From NCBI RefSeq assembly GCF_009931435.1, contig NZ_CP043414.1: DNA of 64,000 bases; one strand, written 5' to 3'. This DNA is from Escherichia coli (GTDB lineage Bacteria > Pseudomonadota > Gammaproteobacteria > Enterobacterales > Enterobacteriaceae). The translations under genes were made by a program, and so were the position numbers. Positions 33,033 through 43,766 of the stretch are shown piece after piece; the first letter of the stretch is position 1, and every line of letters begins with the position of its first letter. The notes under the pieces are model-generated. The model was not told the DNA's origin and searched no databases. It saw nothing but the letters and a program-made list of their open reading frames with translations.

Positions 33033-35252
33033 ATGAGCTCTATCTCCCTGATCCAACCGGATCGCGACCTGTTCTCCTGGCCGCAGTACTGGGCCGCCTG
33101 TTTTGGACCGGCACCGTTTTTGCCGATGTCTCGTGAAGAGATGGATCAACTTGGCTGGGATAGCTGCGACATCATTTTGGTTACTGGCGACGCGTATGTC
33201 GATCACCCCAGCTTCGGGATGGCGATTTGCGGTCGTATGCTTGAAGCGCAGGGCTTTCGCGTCGGGATCATCGCCCAGCCAGACTGGAGCAGCAAAGACG
33301 ATTTCATGCGTCTGGGTAAACCGAATCTGTTTTTCGGTGTTACTGCTGGCAACATGGACTCGATGATCAACCGCTATACTGCCGATCGCCGTTTACGTCA
33401 TGACGATGCCTACACGCCGGATAACGTCGCGGGTAAGCGACCGGATCGCGCCACACTGGTTTATACCCAGCGTTGTAAAGAGGCGTGGAAAGATGTACCG
33501 GTAATCCTCGGCGGTATTGAGGCTAGTTTGCGTCGTACCGCGCATTATGATTACTGGTCTGATACCGTGCGCCGTTCCGTGCTGGTGGATTCCAAAGCCG
33601 ACATGCTGATGTTCGGTAACGGTGAGCGTCCGCTGGTGGAAGTGGCGCATCGTCTGGCGATGGGTGAGCCGATTAGTGAAATCCGCGATGTGCGTAATAC
33701 CGCGATTATCGTAAAAGAGGCGTTGCCAGGCTGGAGCGGTGTGGATTCCACCCGTCTTGATACTCCTGGGAAAATCGACCCGATCCCGCATCCGTATGGC
33801 GAAGATTTGCCGTGCGCGGATAACAAACCGGTGGCCCCGAAAAAGCAGGAAGCGAAAGCCGTAACCGTGCAGCCACCACGCCCGAAACCGTGGGAAAAAA
33901 CTTACGTATTGCTGCCTTCTTTCGAGAAAGTGAAGGGCGATAAAGTGCTGTACGCTCATGCTTCGCGTATTCTGCACCACGAAACCAACCCAGGCTGCGC
34001 GCGTGCGCTGATGCAAAAACATGGCGACCGCTATGTATGGATCAACCCGCCTGCCATCCCGCTTTCTACCGAAGAGATGGACAGCGTCTTTGCGCTGCCG
34101 TACAAGCGCGTACCGCATCCGGCTTACGGTAATGCCCGAATTCCGGCTTACGAAATGATCCGTTTCTCGGTCAACATTATGCGCGGCTGCTTTGGCGGCT
34201 GCTCTTTCTGTTCTATCACCGAGCACGAAGGGCGCATTATTCAGAGCCGTTCGGAAGATTCGATCATTAATGAGATCGAAGCGATCCGCGACACCGTTCC
34301 AGGTTTTACGGGCGTAATTTCCGATCTCGGTGGGCCAACTGCCAACATGTATATGTTGCGCTGCAAATCGCCACGCGCTGAGCAAACCTGCCGTCGTTTG
34401 TCGTGCGTTTATCCGGATATTTGTCCGCACATGGACACTAACCACGAACCGACGATCAACCTCTATCGCCGCGCGCGTGATCTGAAAGGCATTAAAAAGA
34501 TCCTCATCGCTTCCGGCGTGCGTTATGACATCGCCGTGGAAGATCCGCGCTATATCAAAGAGCTGGCGACCCATCACGTTGGCGGTTATCTGAAGATTGC
34601 CCCGGAACATACCGAAGAAGGGCCGTTGTCGAAGATGATGAAGCCGGGCATGGGCAGCTATGACCGCTTTAAAGAGCTGTTCGATACCTACTCGAAACAG
34701 GCAGGTAAAGAGCAGTATCTGATCCCGTATTTCATCTCTGCGCACCCCGGTACGCGTGATGAAGATATGGTGAATCTGGCGCTGTGGCTGAAAAAGCATC
34801 GCTTCCGTCTCGACCAGGTACAGAACTTCTACCCGTCGCCGTTGGCTAACTCCACCACCATGTATTACACCGGGAAAAACCCGCTGGCGAAGATTGGTTA
34901 CAAGAGTGAAGACGTCTTCGTACCGAAGGGCGACAAACAGCGTCGTTTGCATAAAGCGTTGTTGCGTTACCACGATCCGGCAAACTGGCCGTTAATCCGT
35001 CAGGCGCTGGAAGCGATGGGTAAAAAGCATCTGATTGGCAGCCGTCGTGATTGCTTAGTGCCTGCGCCAACCATTGAAGAGATGCGCGAAGCCCGCCGTC
35101 AGAACCGCAATACCCGTCCGGCGTTGACTAAACATACGCCGATGGCGACCCAGCGTCAGACACCTGCTACGGCAAAAAAAGCGTCGTCTACGCCATCTCG
35201 CCCGGTGAATGCTGGCGCGAAGAAACGCCCTAAAGCGGTGGCAGGTCGTTAA
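33033..35252 (+). CDS. ygiQ: Radical SAM protein YgiQ (UPF0313)
   Basis: ORF track 739 aa; cysteine motif CFGGCSFC. Confidence 0.85.
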   Translation: MSSISLIQPDRDLFSWPQYWAACFGPAPFLPMSREEMDQLGWDSCDIILVTGDAYVDHPSFGMAICGRMLEAQGFRVGIIAQPDWSSKDDFMRLGKPNLFFGVTAGNMDSMINRYTADRRLRHDDAYTPDNVAGKRPDRATLVYTQRCKEAWKDVPVILGGIEASLRRTAHYDYWSDTVRRSVLVDSKADMLMFGNGERPLVEVAHRLAMGEPISEIRDVRNTAIIVKEALPGWSGVDSTRLDTPGKIDPIPHPYGEDLPCADNKPVAPKKQEAKAVTVQPPRPKPWEKTYVLLPSFEKVKGDKVLYAHASRILHHETNPGCARALMQKHGDRYVWINPPAIPLSTEEMDSVFALPYKRVPHPAYGNARIPAYEMIRFSVNIMRGCFGGCSFCSITEHEGRIIQSRSEDSIINEIEAIRDTVPGFTGVISDLGGPTANMYMLRCKSPRAEQTCRRLSCVYPDICPHMDTNHEPTINLYRRARDLKGIKKILIASGVRYDIAVEDPRYIKELATHHVGGYLKIAPEHTEEGPLSKMMKPGMGSYDRFKELFDTYSKQAGKEQYLIPYFISAHPGTRDEDMVNLALWLKKHRFRLDQVQNFYPSPLANSTTMYYTGKNPLAKIGYKSEDVFVPKGDKQRRLHKALLRYHDPANWPLIRQALEAMGKKHLIGSRRDCLVPAPTIEEMREARRQNRNTRPALTKHTPMATQRQTPATAKKASSTPSRPVNAGAKKRPKAVAGR

Positions 35253-35290
35253 GTGAAATGTGCCCGGCAGCAATGATGCTGCCGGGAAAT

Positions 35291-35521
35291 TTATAACCTT
35301 GGTTTATAAGGACTGTTACGAACGTCTAAGCGGTAATGCGCTCTTGCTGTTTCGTCTTTAACTTGCTGAATTTCCGGACGCAGGGCGTCAATATCCTGTT
35401 GCAGTTGATTAATTTTGTTATTCAATGCCTGAATATCATGTTCCAGGTGTTCAATTTTGGCATTGCTGGTACAGCCAGCAAGACACAGCGCCAGCGGAAT
35501 GGATAAGATAAGTTTGTTCAT
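35291..35521 (-). CDS. Lpp-like coiled-coil lipoprotein (second copy)
   Basis: Start at MNKLILSIPLALCLAGC (lipobox LAGC) then Lpp-like heptad region; begins 17 nt after yqhH stop. Confidence 0.55.
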   Translation of the reverse strand: MNKLILSIPLALCLAGCTSNAKIEHLEHDIQALNNKINQLQQDIDALRPEIQQVKDETARAHYRLDVRNSPYKPRL

Positions 35522-35538
35522 TATGAATTCCAGAACCG

Positions 35539-35796
35539 TCATTCCGCATACATACGCAAGCAGCGCAGGCAATCAAAATAGTCCTGAGCATCAAGACGCG
35601 TATTGGCTCTGTTAGCGTCGGATTTGGCAGCATAGATTTGTGGGCGTAATGCTTTCATATCCTGCTCAAGCCGGGCGATTTTGGCATTTAATGTTTGCAC
35701 ATTGCTCGCCAGCTGATTGACCTTTTGCTCATTGACGCAGCCACTGAGCAAGCAGGTTGCCAGAACAACAGCCCCCACGGTGAAAATCGTTTTCAT
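35539..35796 (-). CDS. yqhH: Lpp-like outer membrane lipoprotein YqhH
   Basis: ORF track 85 aa; [20 protein letters not shown] lipobox; Lpp-like coiled coil. Confidence 0.8.
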   Translation of the reverse strand: MKTIFTVGAVVLATCLLSGCVNEQKVNQLASNVQTLNAKIARLEQDMKALRPQIYAAKSDANRANTRLDAQDYFDCLRCLRMYAE

Positions 35797-35846
35797 ATAG
35801 TGTTCCCTTTTATTTATTGTTCCGGCTAATTGTTATTTAATTCAGC

Positions 35847-36773
35847 TCATTGCTTTAATCTGGCGGCGGTTTTTGCCTCAATCTGCTTAAGTAGGCTGCC
35901 GCTATTCGGGCGGATAAAATCAGCGATTTCCCACTTACCTTCGCGCCGCTGTAAAACCAGTTCTTGCTCTTCATTGTTGCCATTGGTCAGCGTAAAACGA
36001 ACATGAATGCGGGCGGAATCGGCGGTTTTCTCCAGGACACGGATTTCATCAACGCGTGAAAATAGCGACTCTTCGCCAAAACAGATCGGATTGTCGTAAA
36101 TAAATTGCCGTTCTATTTGCATATCTTCATCGGGATTGTTGGCAGTCTTGAAGGTGGTTTTATAGAAGGCATTGACCGCCTGGCGGTAAGAGTCGGAAAC
36201 CACCCACGTCCACGGCCAGCTATAATCAGCAATATGTTCAAAGAGTTCGGCAACAAAGGCTTCCGGCTGTTCTTTTTGCAACGAAGCTATAGCGGCCAGC
36301 GTTTTTTCATTCTCGCTATTAACTGCTTGTAAGACGCTGCCATGATTGCTGACAATATCGTCAATGATCCAACGACCATTTTCCGCCACCATTTTCAGTG
36401 TCTGCGTGGTCTTTTCTTTATCGTCTTTAAAGATACGAAAGCGCACAACGGCATCGGCATGATCGGCGTCAGGTTGGGTTATCGCTACGCTTTCTAACAC
36501 CAGATCGCCAAAATCCTGACAATCACAAACCGGATCATAATCCAGCCAGCCAATATTGCCCGGTAGTGTAAGATTGTCGTTCAGGGTAAGCGCCTGTTGA
36601 ATACGCGCTGAAGTTATCGCCCGCTCTCCGGTTTCACCGAAATAAGGCGTACTGGCATCTGATTTATAGTTCTGATAAATCTGCCGGACTGTTTGTTCTA
36701 CGGTCTGTGAAGGAGGCTGCGCGTGTACGGTAAAACTTGCCAGGGCTGCTAAAAACAGAAGTATTATTTTCAT
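35847..36773 (-). CDS. yqhG: DUF3828 periplasmic protein YqhG
   Basis: ORF track 308 aa; signal peptide; synteny. Confidence 0.8.
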   Translation of the reverse strand: MKIILLFLAALASFTVHAQPPSQTVEQTVRQIYQNYKSDASTPYFGETGERAITSARIQQALTLNDNLTLPGNIGWLDYDPVCDCQDFGDLVLESVAITQPDADHADAVVRFRIFKDDKEKTTQTLKMVAENGRWIIDDIVSNHGSVLQAVNSENEKTLAAIASLQKEQPEAFVAELFEHIADYSWPWTWVVSDSYRQAVNAFYKTTFKTANNPDEDMQIERQFIYDNPICFGEESLFSRVDEIRVLEKTADSARIHVRFTLTNGNNEEQELVLQRREGKWEIADFIRPNSGSLLKQIEAKTAARLKQ

Positions 36774-36972
36774 CTGTTTTTCACCTCTCCGTTGCGTTTA
36801 TCCCGGGTGTAGATGAGTTGTTCCTTTAAGAGCTTCCGGCTCTGCATGATGATGTCCTTATATTTGGCATTCCTGAACAAGGAAGAGTAACAATGGGCAG
36901 GACGCGAGGGGAATAAATGATTTCTGAAAAGTCCGGTAGCGGAACATTACCGCCACCGGGAGAATTTGCACG

Positions 36973-37800
36973 TTAGCCGCCAAACTGGTCAGGATCGGGG
37001 CCGAGGCGTTTGCCCTGGTCGAGTTTGGCAATTTCACCTAGCTCGTCTTTGTCGAGACGGAAATCCCAGACATCAAAGTTTTCGGCAATACGTGAAGGTG
37101 TGACCGATTTCGGGATCACCACCAGGCCGCTATCCAGATGCCAGCGGATAACAATCTGCGCCGGGGTTTTGCCGTATTTATCTGCCAGATCGCGAATGAC
37201 TTTCTGATCGAAAACGCCTTTCCCTCCTTGCGCTAATGGGCTCCAGGATTCGGTCTGGATTTTGTGTGTCGCGTTCCAGGCGTGAAGCTGGCGTTGCTGC
37301 ATCAGCGGGTGGAGTTCAATCTGGTTTATCACCGGCGTCACGCCAGTTTCATCAATCAGGCGTTGCAAGTGATGGATCTGGAAGTTGCACACGCCGATGC
37401 TTTTGATTAAGCCCTCTTTTTGCAATTCGATCATGCCCTTCCATGCTTCGACATAATGGTCGATAGCAGGAACGGGCCAGTGCATTAAGTAAAGGTCGAC
37501 ATAATCAAGCTGGAGTTTTTTCAGGCTGTCGAGCAGGGCTTCGCGGGGGCGCTTGTGGTCGTCGTTCCACAGTTTAGTGGTGATGAACAGTTCTTCTCTG
37601 TTGACTGAGGCATTTTTCAGGGCTTTGCCGACACCTTCTTCGTTCTTATAGGCCGCGGCGGTATCAATCGAGCGATAACCCACGTCTAACGCTTTTTGAA
37701 TGGCGGTGATTACTTCCTCATTACTTGCTTGCCAGACGCCCAGTCCCAACTGGGGCATGACATTGCCATCCTGTAGCTTAATAACGGTTGGATTAGCCAT
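36973..37800 (-). CDS. dkgA: 2,5-diketo-D-gluconate/methylglyoxal reductase A (aldo-keto reductase)
   Basis: ORF track 275 aa; AKR family sequence. Confidence 0.9.
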   Translation of the reverse strand: MANPTVIKLQDGNVMPQLGLGVWQASNEEVITAIQKALDVGYRSIDTAAAYKNEEGVGKALKNASVNREELFITTKLWNDDHKRPREALLDSLKKLQLDYVDLYLMHWPVPAIDHYVEAWKGMIELQKEGLIKSIGVCNFQIHHLQRLIDETGVTPVINQIELHPLMQQRQLHAWNATHKIQTESWSPLAQGGKGVFDQKVIRDLADKYGKTPAQIVIRWHLDSGLVVIPKSVTPSRIAENFDVWDFRLDKDELGEIAKLDQGKRLGPDPDQFGG

Positions 37801-37904
37801 ACGTTCCTCCTTTATATGAACTCACCGGAGCAGGCTCCGGTGAGGTGTTGTGAACTTAAGTCTGGACGAAATGCCCGAAAACGAAAGTTTGAGGCGTAAA
37901 AAGC

Positions 37905-39068
37905 TTAGCGGGCGGCTTCGTATATGCGGCGGCTGACATCCAGCGTAATGTCATGATTTTCGCCCAGTTGGGTCATGCCGTGTTCTTCCAGTTTTTTCAG
38001 CAATGCCGGGATGGAGCTGCCGTCCAGACCGTAGTCGGAGAGGTGGGTCGGCACGCCTAATTGCTCAAAGAAATTGCGGGTTGCGGCAATCGCGGCGTCA
38101 ATACGCTCATCGTCAGAACCTTCTGTGATGTTCCAGACGCGTTCAGCATATTGCAGCAGTTTAGCGCGTTTAGTGTCGCGTTTTTCATTCCACAGTGCAG
38201 GCAGGACGATAGCCAGTGTTTGCGCGTGATCCAGACCGTGCATCGCAGTCAGTTCGTGGCCTAGCATATGCGTTGCCCAGTCCTGCGGTACGCCAGCGCC
38301 GATCAAACCATTCAGCGCCTGAGTCGCCGCCCACATAACGTTGGCGCGTACATCGTAGTTTTCTGGCTCTTTCAGGGCTTTTGGACCATCTTCGATCAGC
38401 GTCAGCAAAATGCCTTCTGCGAAACGGTCCTGAATTTTGGCATCAACCGGTTTGGTAACATACTGTTCCACGGTGTGCACAAAGGCATCCACTACACCGT
38501 TAGCCACCTGACGCGGCGGCAGAGTGTAGGTATAAACCGGATCGAGCACGGCAAATACCGGCTGAACATGGGCAGAATGGAACGCCTGCTTGTCGCCTGT
38601 GGTTTTACGGGAGATGACCGCACCTGCGTTGGATTCTGAACCGGTCGCTGGCAGCGTCAGCACACAGCCCATCGGGATAGCGCTTTTAATCTCTTTACCG
38701 CCCGTTTGTAGAATGCGCCACGGATCGATATTTTCTGGATAGTTAGCCGCCGCAGCGATAAATTTGGTGCCGTCCAGTACAGAACCGCCGCCAACCGCCA
38801 GCAGGAAGGTTACTTTCTGTTCGCGAACCAGTTTCACGGCATTCATCAGCGTTTCATAAGCCGGGTTTGGCTCAATACCGCCAAATTCCAGCACGTCCAT
38901 GCCTTTCAGGGCATCCAGAACTTGATCGAGAACGCCGGTTTTTTTCACGCTGCCGCCGCCGTAGGTAATCAATACGCGAGCATCGTGAGGAATTTGTTCG
39001 CGTAAACCAGCGATTGCGCCTTTACCAAAAAGAATGCGGGTTGGGGTGTGCAGATTAAAGTTGTTCAT
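37905..39068 (-). CDS. yqhD: NADPH-dependent aldehyde reductase YqhD (Fe-ADH family), 387 aa
   Basis: ORF track frame; start at [17 protein letters not shown]. Confidence 0.9.
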   Translation of the reverse strand: MNNFNLHTPTRILFGKGAIAGLREQIPHDARVLITYGGGSVKKTGVLDQVLDALKGMDVLEFGGIEPNPAYETLMNAVKLVREQKVTFLLAVGGGSVLDGTKFIAAAANYPENIDPWRILQTGGKEIKSAIPMGCVLTLPATGSESNAGAVISRKTTGDKQAFHSAHVQPVFAVLDPVYTYTLPPRQVANGVVDAFVHTVEQYVTKPVDAKIQDRFAEGILLTLIEDGPKALKEPENYDVRANVMWAATQALNGLIGAGVPQDWATHMLGHELTAMHGLDHAQTLAIVLPALWNEKRDTKRAKLLQYAERVWNITEGSDDERIDAAIAATRNFFEQLGVPTHLSDYGLDGSSIPALLKKLEEHGMTQLGENHDITLDVSRRIYEAAR

Positions 39069-39204
39069 TACTTGCTCCCTTTGCTGGGTCAATATGAGGG
39101 CAGAGATCGGTCTGCCTGATATTTTTCATTGTGGTCGCCAGCGCCGTACCTCTCAATGCTCATTTCTGCCAATGTCTTGCCTATTTCTCCAGAGTGCTGG
39201 AGAA

Positions 39205-40161
39205 ATGCGACAAAATTGCGCACAATCAAATTGCCGCATTATTCCTAAGAAATTACGCGATATGAAACGTGAAGAGATTTGCCGCTTGCTAGCGGGTAAA
39301 GTTAATAAACTGAAAAATAAAGAAAATAGTTTATCAGAGCTATTGCCCGATGTGCGTTTGTTGTATGGCGAGACGCCTTTCGCACGTACGCCGGTGATGT
39401 ACGAGCCTGGCATCATAATTCTCTTTTCTGGGCATAAAATCGGTTATATCAATGAACGCGTGTTTCGTTATGATGCCAATGAATATCTGCTGCTGACGGT
39501 GCCGTTGCCGTTTGAGTGCGAAACTTATGCCACGTCAGAGGTACCGCTGGCAGGGTTGCGTCTCAATGTCGATGTTTTGCAGTTACAAGAGCTGTTGATG
39601 GACATTGGCGAAGATGAGCATTTTCGTCCGTCGATGGCAGCCAGCGGGATTAACTCTGCCACGTTATCAGAAGAGATTTTATGTGCGGCGGAGCGGTTAC
39701 TCGACGTGATGGAGCGACCGCTGGATGCGCGTATTCTCGGCAAACAGATCATCCGCGAAATTCTGTACTACGTGCTGACCGGACCTTGCGGTGGCGCGTT
39801 ACTGGCGCTGGTCAGCCGTCAGACCCACTTCAGCCTGATTAGTCGTGTGCTGAAACGAATTGAGAATAAATACACCGAAAACCTGAGCGTCGAGCAACTG
39901 GCGGCAGAAGCCAACATGAGCGTATCGGCGTTCCACCATAATTTTAAGTCTGTCACTAGCACCTCGCCGTTGCAGTATTTGAAGAATTACCGTCTGCATA
40001 AGGCGCGGATGATGATTATCCACGACGGCATGAAGGCCAGTGCAGCAGCGATGCGCGTCGGCTACGAAAGCGCGTCGCAATTTAGCCGTGAGTTTAAACG
40101 TTACTTTGGTGTGACACCGGGGGAGGATGCGGCAAGAATGCGGGCGATGCAGGGGAGTTAA
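39205..40161 (+). CDS. yqhC: AraC-family transcriptional activator YqhC, 318 aa
   Basis: ORF track frame; start chosen at [10 protein letters not shown] to match length; divergent from yqhD; C-terminal AraC HTH. Confidence 0.8.
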   Translation: MRQNCAQSNCRIIPKKLRDMKREEICRLLAGKVNKLKNKENSLSELLPDVRLLYGETPFARTPVMYEPGIIILFSGHKIGYINERVFRYDANEYLLLTVPLPFECETYATSEVPLAGLRLNVDVLQLQELLMDIGEDEHFRPSMAASGINSATLSEEILCAAERLLDVMERPLDARILGKQIIREILYYVLTGPCGGALLALVSRQTHFSLISRVLKRIENKYTENLSVEQLAAEANMSVSAFHHNFKSVTSTSPLQYLKNYRLHKARMMIIHDGMKASAAAMRVGYESASQFSREFKRYFGVTPGEDAARMRAMQGS

Positions 40162-40200
40162 ATGCGTTCCCGGTACCGCAACCGGGAACGGGGGAAATTG

Positions 40201-40860
40201 TCAGGCGTTACAGTATTTCTTTTTAATCACCACAAACAGCGTGCCTAACAAGCCTGCAGTTAACAAGGCAATCGGCAGGATCATCAGGAACGTCATTACC
40301 TGATCTTCATGGCGTTTAACGAACGGAATCATACTTAAGGCATAGCCGAAACTGGTTACCACGCTGACCCACAGCAATCCGCTTAACCAGTTGAAAAACT
40401 GGAAGCGGCGGTTTGGCAGACCGGAAATTCCCGCCATGGTTGGCAGCAACGTACGGACAAATGCAAGAAAACGTCCAGCCAGCAGCGCCAGCAGACCGTG
40501 GCGGTCAAACATGCAGGTGGCGCGCTGGTGATATTTAGCGGGAAGCTGTGCCAGCCAGCCTTTCACCGTTTTGGTATTCCCTAACCAGCGCCCCTGAATA
40601 TAACTTAACCAGCAGCCCAAACTTGCTGCGGCGGTCAGAATCGCAATCGTTGGCAGAAAATCCATAACCCCCTGGGCAATCAATGCGCCTGCCAGTATCA
40701 ACAAGCTGTCGCCTGGCAAAAATGAGGCGGGCAGCAGGCCGTTTTCTAAAAACAGCGTGGCAAACATGACAAAGTAAACAACGCTAACAATATGAGGATC
40801 CGCCAGCGCGGCAAAGTCGTGTTGCCAGAGCGCAGCGATGATATCTTGAATAACAGCCAT
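40201..40860 (-). CDS. yghB: DedA-family inner membrane protein YghB
   Basis: ORF track 219 aa; polytopic membrane protein. Confidence 0.85.
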
Positions 40861-40998
40861 GGACTTTCCTGTGGAACAGCGTTTAAGCCTTTATCTGCCT
40901 ATTGTACTCCTGAATCACCCGGGACGCCTTGATCCCGGACGCAACAATTTAAGACTTTTCACAATTAAATGTCTGCAAATTTGTCCAAACTGGCAACA

Positions 40999-42186
40999 TT
41001 ACACAATTCGCGTAAAACCGGCGTCCAGATCGGCAATCAAATCATCGACATCTTCCAGACCAATATGCAGGCGAATCAAGGTCCCGCTAAAATCGATCTC
41101 GCCTTGTGGGCGAATGGCGGCGATATGTTCCGGTTGATTTGCCAGGATCAACGATTCATACCCGCCCCACGAATAGGCCATGCTGAATAAACTGAAGTTA
41201 TCCAGATAGTTCGCCAGCTCTTCATCATTGAGTTTTTTCTTAAGCACAAAGGAAAATAGCCCGCTGCTGCCTGTAAAGTCTCGTTTCCAGAATTCGTAGC
41301 CTTTACTGCCAGGCAGAGCAGGGTGGTTAACTCGCGCTACTTGCGGATGCTCTGCCAGCCATTCAGCCACTTTCAGACTGCTTTCATGATGTTGACGCAG
41401 GCGAACACCCAAAGTGCGTAGGCCACGGCTGGTTATATAGGCGGTATCGGCATCGACCATCTGCCCCATCAGATAGGCATTCTCCCGCAGCTGCTCCCAG
41501 CAACGGGCATTGCATACGGCAGTACCAATCATCGCATCTGAATGCCCCACCAGATATTTGGTGGCTGCCTGAATGGAAACATCGATGCCAAAATCCAGCG
41601 CCTTAAACAGCACACCGGCCGCCCAGGTGTTATCGATCATAATGATGGCATCTGGCACCACACTGCGCACGGCGGCAACAATCGCCGGAACGTCGTGGAC
41701 TTCCATGGTGATGGAGCCTGGCGATTCCAGAAACACGATTTTAGTGTTTGGCTGCACATGTTTAACGATATCTGCGCCAATCAGCGGATCAAACCACGAT
41801 GTCGTTACGCCCAGTTTGCTGAGGATTTTGCTACAGAAATCCTGACTCGGTTCATAGGCGGTGTTGGTCATCAACACATGATCGCCCTGTTCGACAAAAG
41901 CAAGAATGGAATTAGCAACCGCTGCTGCTCCGCAGGGGAACAGCACGCAGCCTGCGCCACCTTCCAGTTCGCACATCGCTTCTTGTAAGGAGAAATGGGT
42001 TAACGTTCCACGCCGTCCATAAAACAACTCGCCATTGGCGCGATTGCGTGTCGCGTGTTTTTTGGCTTCCACACTGTCAAAGACCAGCGAAGACGCGCGC
42101 TGAATCACGCTATTTACCGCGCCGAGAGTGTATTTTTTGCTGCGTCCTGCGTTCACCAGTTGAGTATCAAGCTTTTTGTCCGCCAT
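40999..42186 (-). CDS. metC: Cystathionine beta-lyase MetC, 395 aa
   Basis: ORF track frame; start at [18 protein letters not shown]-dependent enzyme. Confidence 0.9.
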   Translation of the reverse strand: MADKKLDTQLVNAGRSKKYTLGAVNSVIQRASSLVFDSVEAKKHATRNRANGELFYGRRGTLTHFSLQEAMCELEGGAGCVLFPCGAAAVANSILAFVEQGDHVLMTNTAYEPSQDFCSKILSKLGVTTSWFDPLIGADIVKHVQPNTKIVFLESPGSITMEVHDVPAIVAAVRSVVPDAIIMIDNTWAAGVLFKALDFGIDVSIQAATKYLVGHSDAMIGTAVCNARCWEQLRENAYLMGQMVDADTAYITSRGLRTLGVRLRQHHESSLKVAEWLAEHPQVARVNHPALPGSKGYEFWKRDFTGSSGLFSFVLKKKLNDEELANYLDNFSLFSMAYSWGGYESLILANQPEHIAAIRPQGEIDFSGTLIRLHIGLEDVDDLIADLDAGFTRIV

Positions 42187-42204
42187 GTCGGGATTCCTGT
42201 TTTT

Positions 42205-42228
42205 ATACGTCTGGATGTCTAAACTAGC
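42205..42228 (-). promoter_or_regulatory. Candidate tandem MetJ boxes upstream of metC
   Basis: atacgtct-ggatgtct-aaactagc, tandem 8-mers resembling the met-box AGACGTCT. Confidence 0.45.
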
Positions 42229-42350
42229 ATGAATATTCGCGGGCGCATCCTGAAGAATTAGCATAAAGCAGAAAATTTTCGCAAATGGCGTGCTGGTGAC
42301 TTTTTTACTGCGTAAACGCAAGGAAAAGAAAGCAAAGGTACGGCAGTATG

Positions 42351-42379
42351 CAAATAGTAATGAGAACGACTATCAATTC
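42351..42379 (+). promoter_or_regulatory. Candidate Fur box in exbB promoter
   Basis: caaatagtaatgagaacgactatcaattc, Fur-box-like AT-rich dyad upstream of exbB. Confidence 0.45.
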
Positions 42380-42437
42380 GACGTCGTTTTGATATTATTA
42401 TGCGCAGATTTTGTGACTTGCGTCCTGGAGATACACA

Positions 42438-43172
42438 GTGGGTAATAATTTAATGCAGACGGACCTTTCCGTCTGGGGTATGTATCAGCACGCCGATATT
42501 GTCGTTAAGTGCGTGATGATTGGGCTTATTTTGGCCTCCGTAGTCACTTGGGCAATCTTCTTCAGTAAGAGCGTTGAGTTCTTCAATCAGAAGCGTCGCC
42601 TGAAACGCGAACAGCAACTGCTGGCCCAAGCGCGTTCCTTGAACCAGGCCAACGATATCGCCGCTGATTTTGGTAGCAAAAGCTTAAGCCTGCATTTGCT
42701 CAATGAAGCGCAGGATGAGCTGGAACTGTCAGAAGGCAGCGACGATAACGAAGGTATTAAAGAACGTACCAGCTTCCGTCTGGAGCGTCGGGTCGCCGCC
42801 GTGGGGCGTCAAATGGGCCGCGGTAACGGCTACCTTGCAACCATCGGCGCGATTTCGCCGTTTGTGGGCCTCTTTGGTACGGTCTGGGGCATCATGAACA
42901 GCTTTATCGGTATTGCGCAAACGCAGACCACTAATCTGGCTGTCGTTGCGCCGGGTATCGCAGAAGCTCTGTTAGCAACGGCAATCGGCCTCGTGGCAGC
43001 GATTCCGGCGGTCGTTATCTATAACGTATTTGCACGTCAGATTGGCGGCTTTAAAGCGATGCTGGGTGATGTCGCAGCGCAGGTATTATTGCTGCAAAGT
43101 CGTGACCTGGATCTGGAAGCCAGCGCCGCTGCGCATCCGGTTCGTGTCGCCCAAAAATTACGCGCAGGATAA
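42438..43172 (+). CDS. exbB: TonB-system energiser ExbB
   Basis: ORF track 244 aa; MotA/TolQ/ExbB family. Confidence 0.9.
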   Translation: MGNNLMQTDLSVWGMYQHADIVVKCVMIGLILASVVTWAIFFSKSVEFFNQKRRLKREQQLLAQARSLNQANDIAADFGSKSLSLHLLNEAQDELELSEGSDDNEGIKERTSFRLERRVAAVGRQMGRGNGYLATIGAISPFVGLFGTVWGIMNSFIGIAQTQTTNLAVVAPGIAEALLATAIGLVAAIPAVVIYNVFARQIGGFKAMLGDVAAQVLLLQSRDLDLEASAAAHPVRVAQKLRAG

Positions 43173-43178
43173 TGTCCG

Positions 43179-43604
43179 ATGGCAATGCATCTTAACGAAA
43201 ACCTCGACGATAACGGCGAAATGCATGATATCAACGTGACGCCGTTTATCGACGTGATGTTGGTTCTGCTGATTATCTTTATGGTGGCAGCGCCGTTAGC
43301 GACGGTAGATGTGAAGGTGAACTTGCCTGCTTCTACCAGCACGCCGCAGCCTCGTCCGGAAAAACCGGTTTATCTGTCGGTGAAGGCGGACAACTCGATG
43401 TTTATCGGTAACGATCCGGTCACCGATGAAACAATGGTTACAGCGCTGAATGCGTTAACCGAAGGTAAGAAAGATACCACTATCTTCTTCCGTGCGGATA
43501 AAACTGTCGATTACGAGACGTTGATGAAGGTAATGGATACGCTGCATCAGGCGGGTTACCTGAAGATAGGTCTGGTCGGCGAAGAAACAGCCAAAGCGAA
43601 GTAA
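43179..43604 (+). CDS. exbD: TonB-system protein ExbD
   Basis: ORF track 141 aa; follows exbB. Confidence 0.9.
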   Translation: MAMHLNENLDDNGEMHDINVTPFIDVMLVLLIIFMVAAPLATVDVKVNLPASTSTPQPRPEKPVYLSVKADNSMFIGNDPVTDETMVTALNALTEGKKDTTIFFRADKTVDYETLMKVMDTLHQAGYLKIGLVGEETAKAK

Positions 43605-43611
43605 AGAGAAT

Positions 43612-43712
43612 TGCCTGATGCGCTACGCTTATCAGGCCTACAAAATCTATCGCAAGGTATTGAATTTGCATGAATTTGTAGGCCGGATAAGGCGTTCACG
43701 CCGCATCCGGCA
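43612..43712. repeat. REP/BIME palindromic units downstream of exbD
   Basis: gcctgatgcgctacgcttatcaggcctac and tgtaggccggataaggcgttcacgccgcatccggca, typical REP sequences. Confidence 0.75.
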
Positions 43713-43729
43713 AGAGTTATAAAGTACGA

Positions 43730-43766
43730 TGATGCCCGGTTGCTTTTCACAACCGGGCATTTTTTT
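43730..43766. terminator. Hairpin plus T-run between convergent exbD and yghA
   Basis: gcccggttgcttttcacaaccgggc followed by attttttt. Confidence 0.65.

Noticed and set aside
33393-34973. Long antisense ORFs opposite well-supported genes (this 526 aa ORF opposite ygiQ; also 28790..29830 opposite parC, 13415..14008 opposite parE, 3396..4019 opposite ribB, 51373..52323 opposite hybC, 56645..57211 opposite gss, 62148..62801 opposite yghQ)
   Set aside because: Shadow ORFs typical of GC-rich coding regions; the sense-strand proteins are recognisable and the antisense translations are low-complexity Arg/His-rich with no family resemblance
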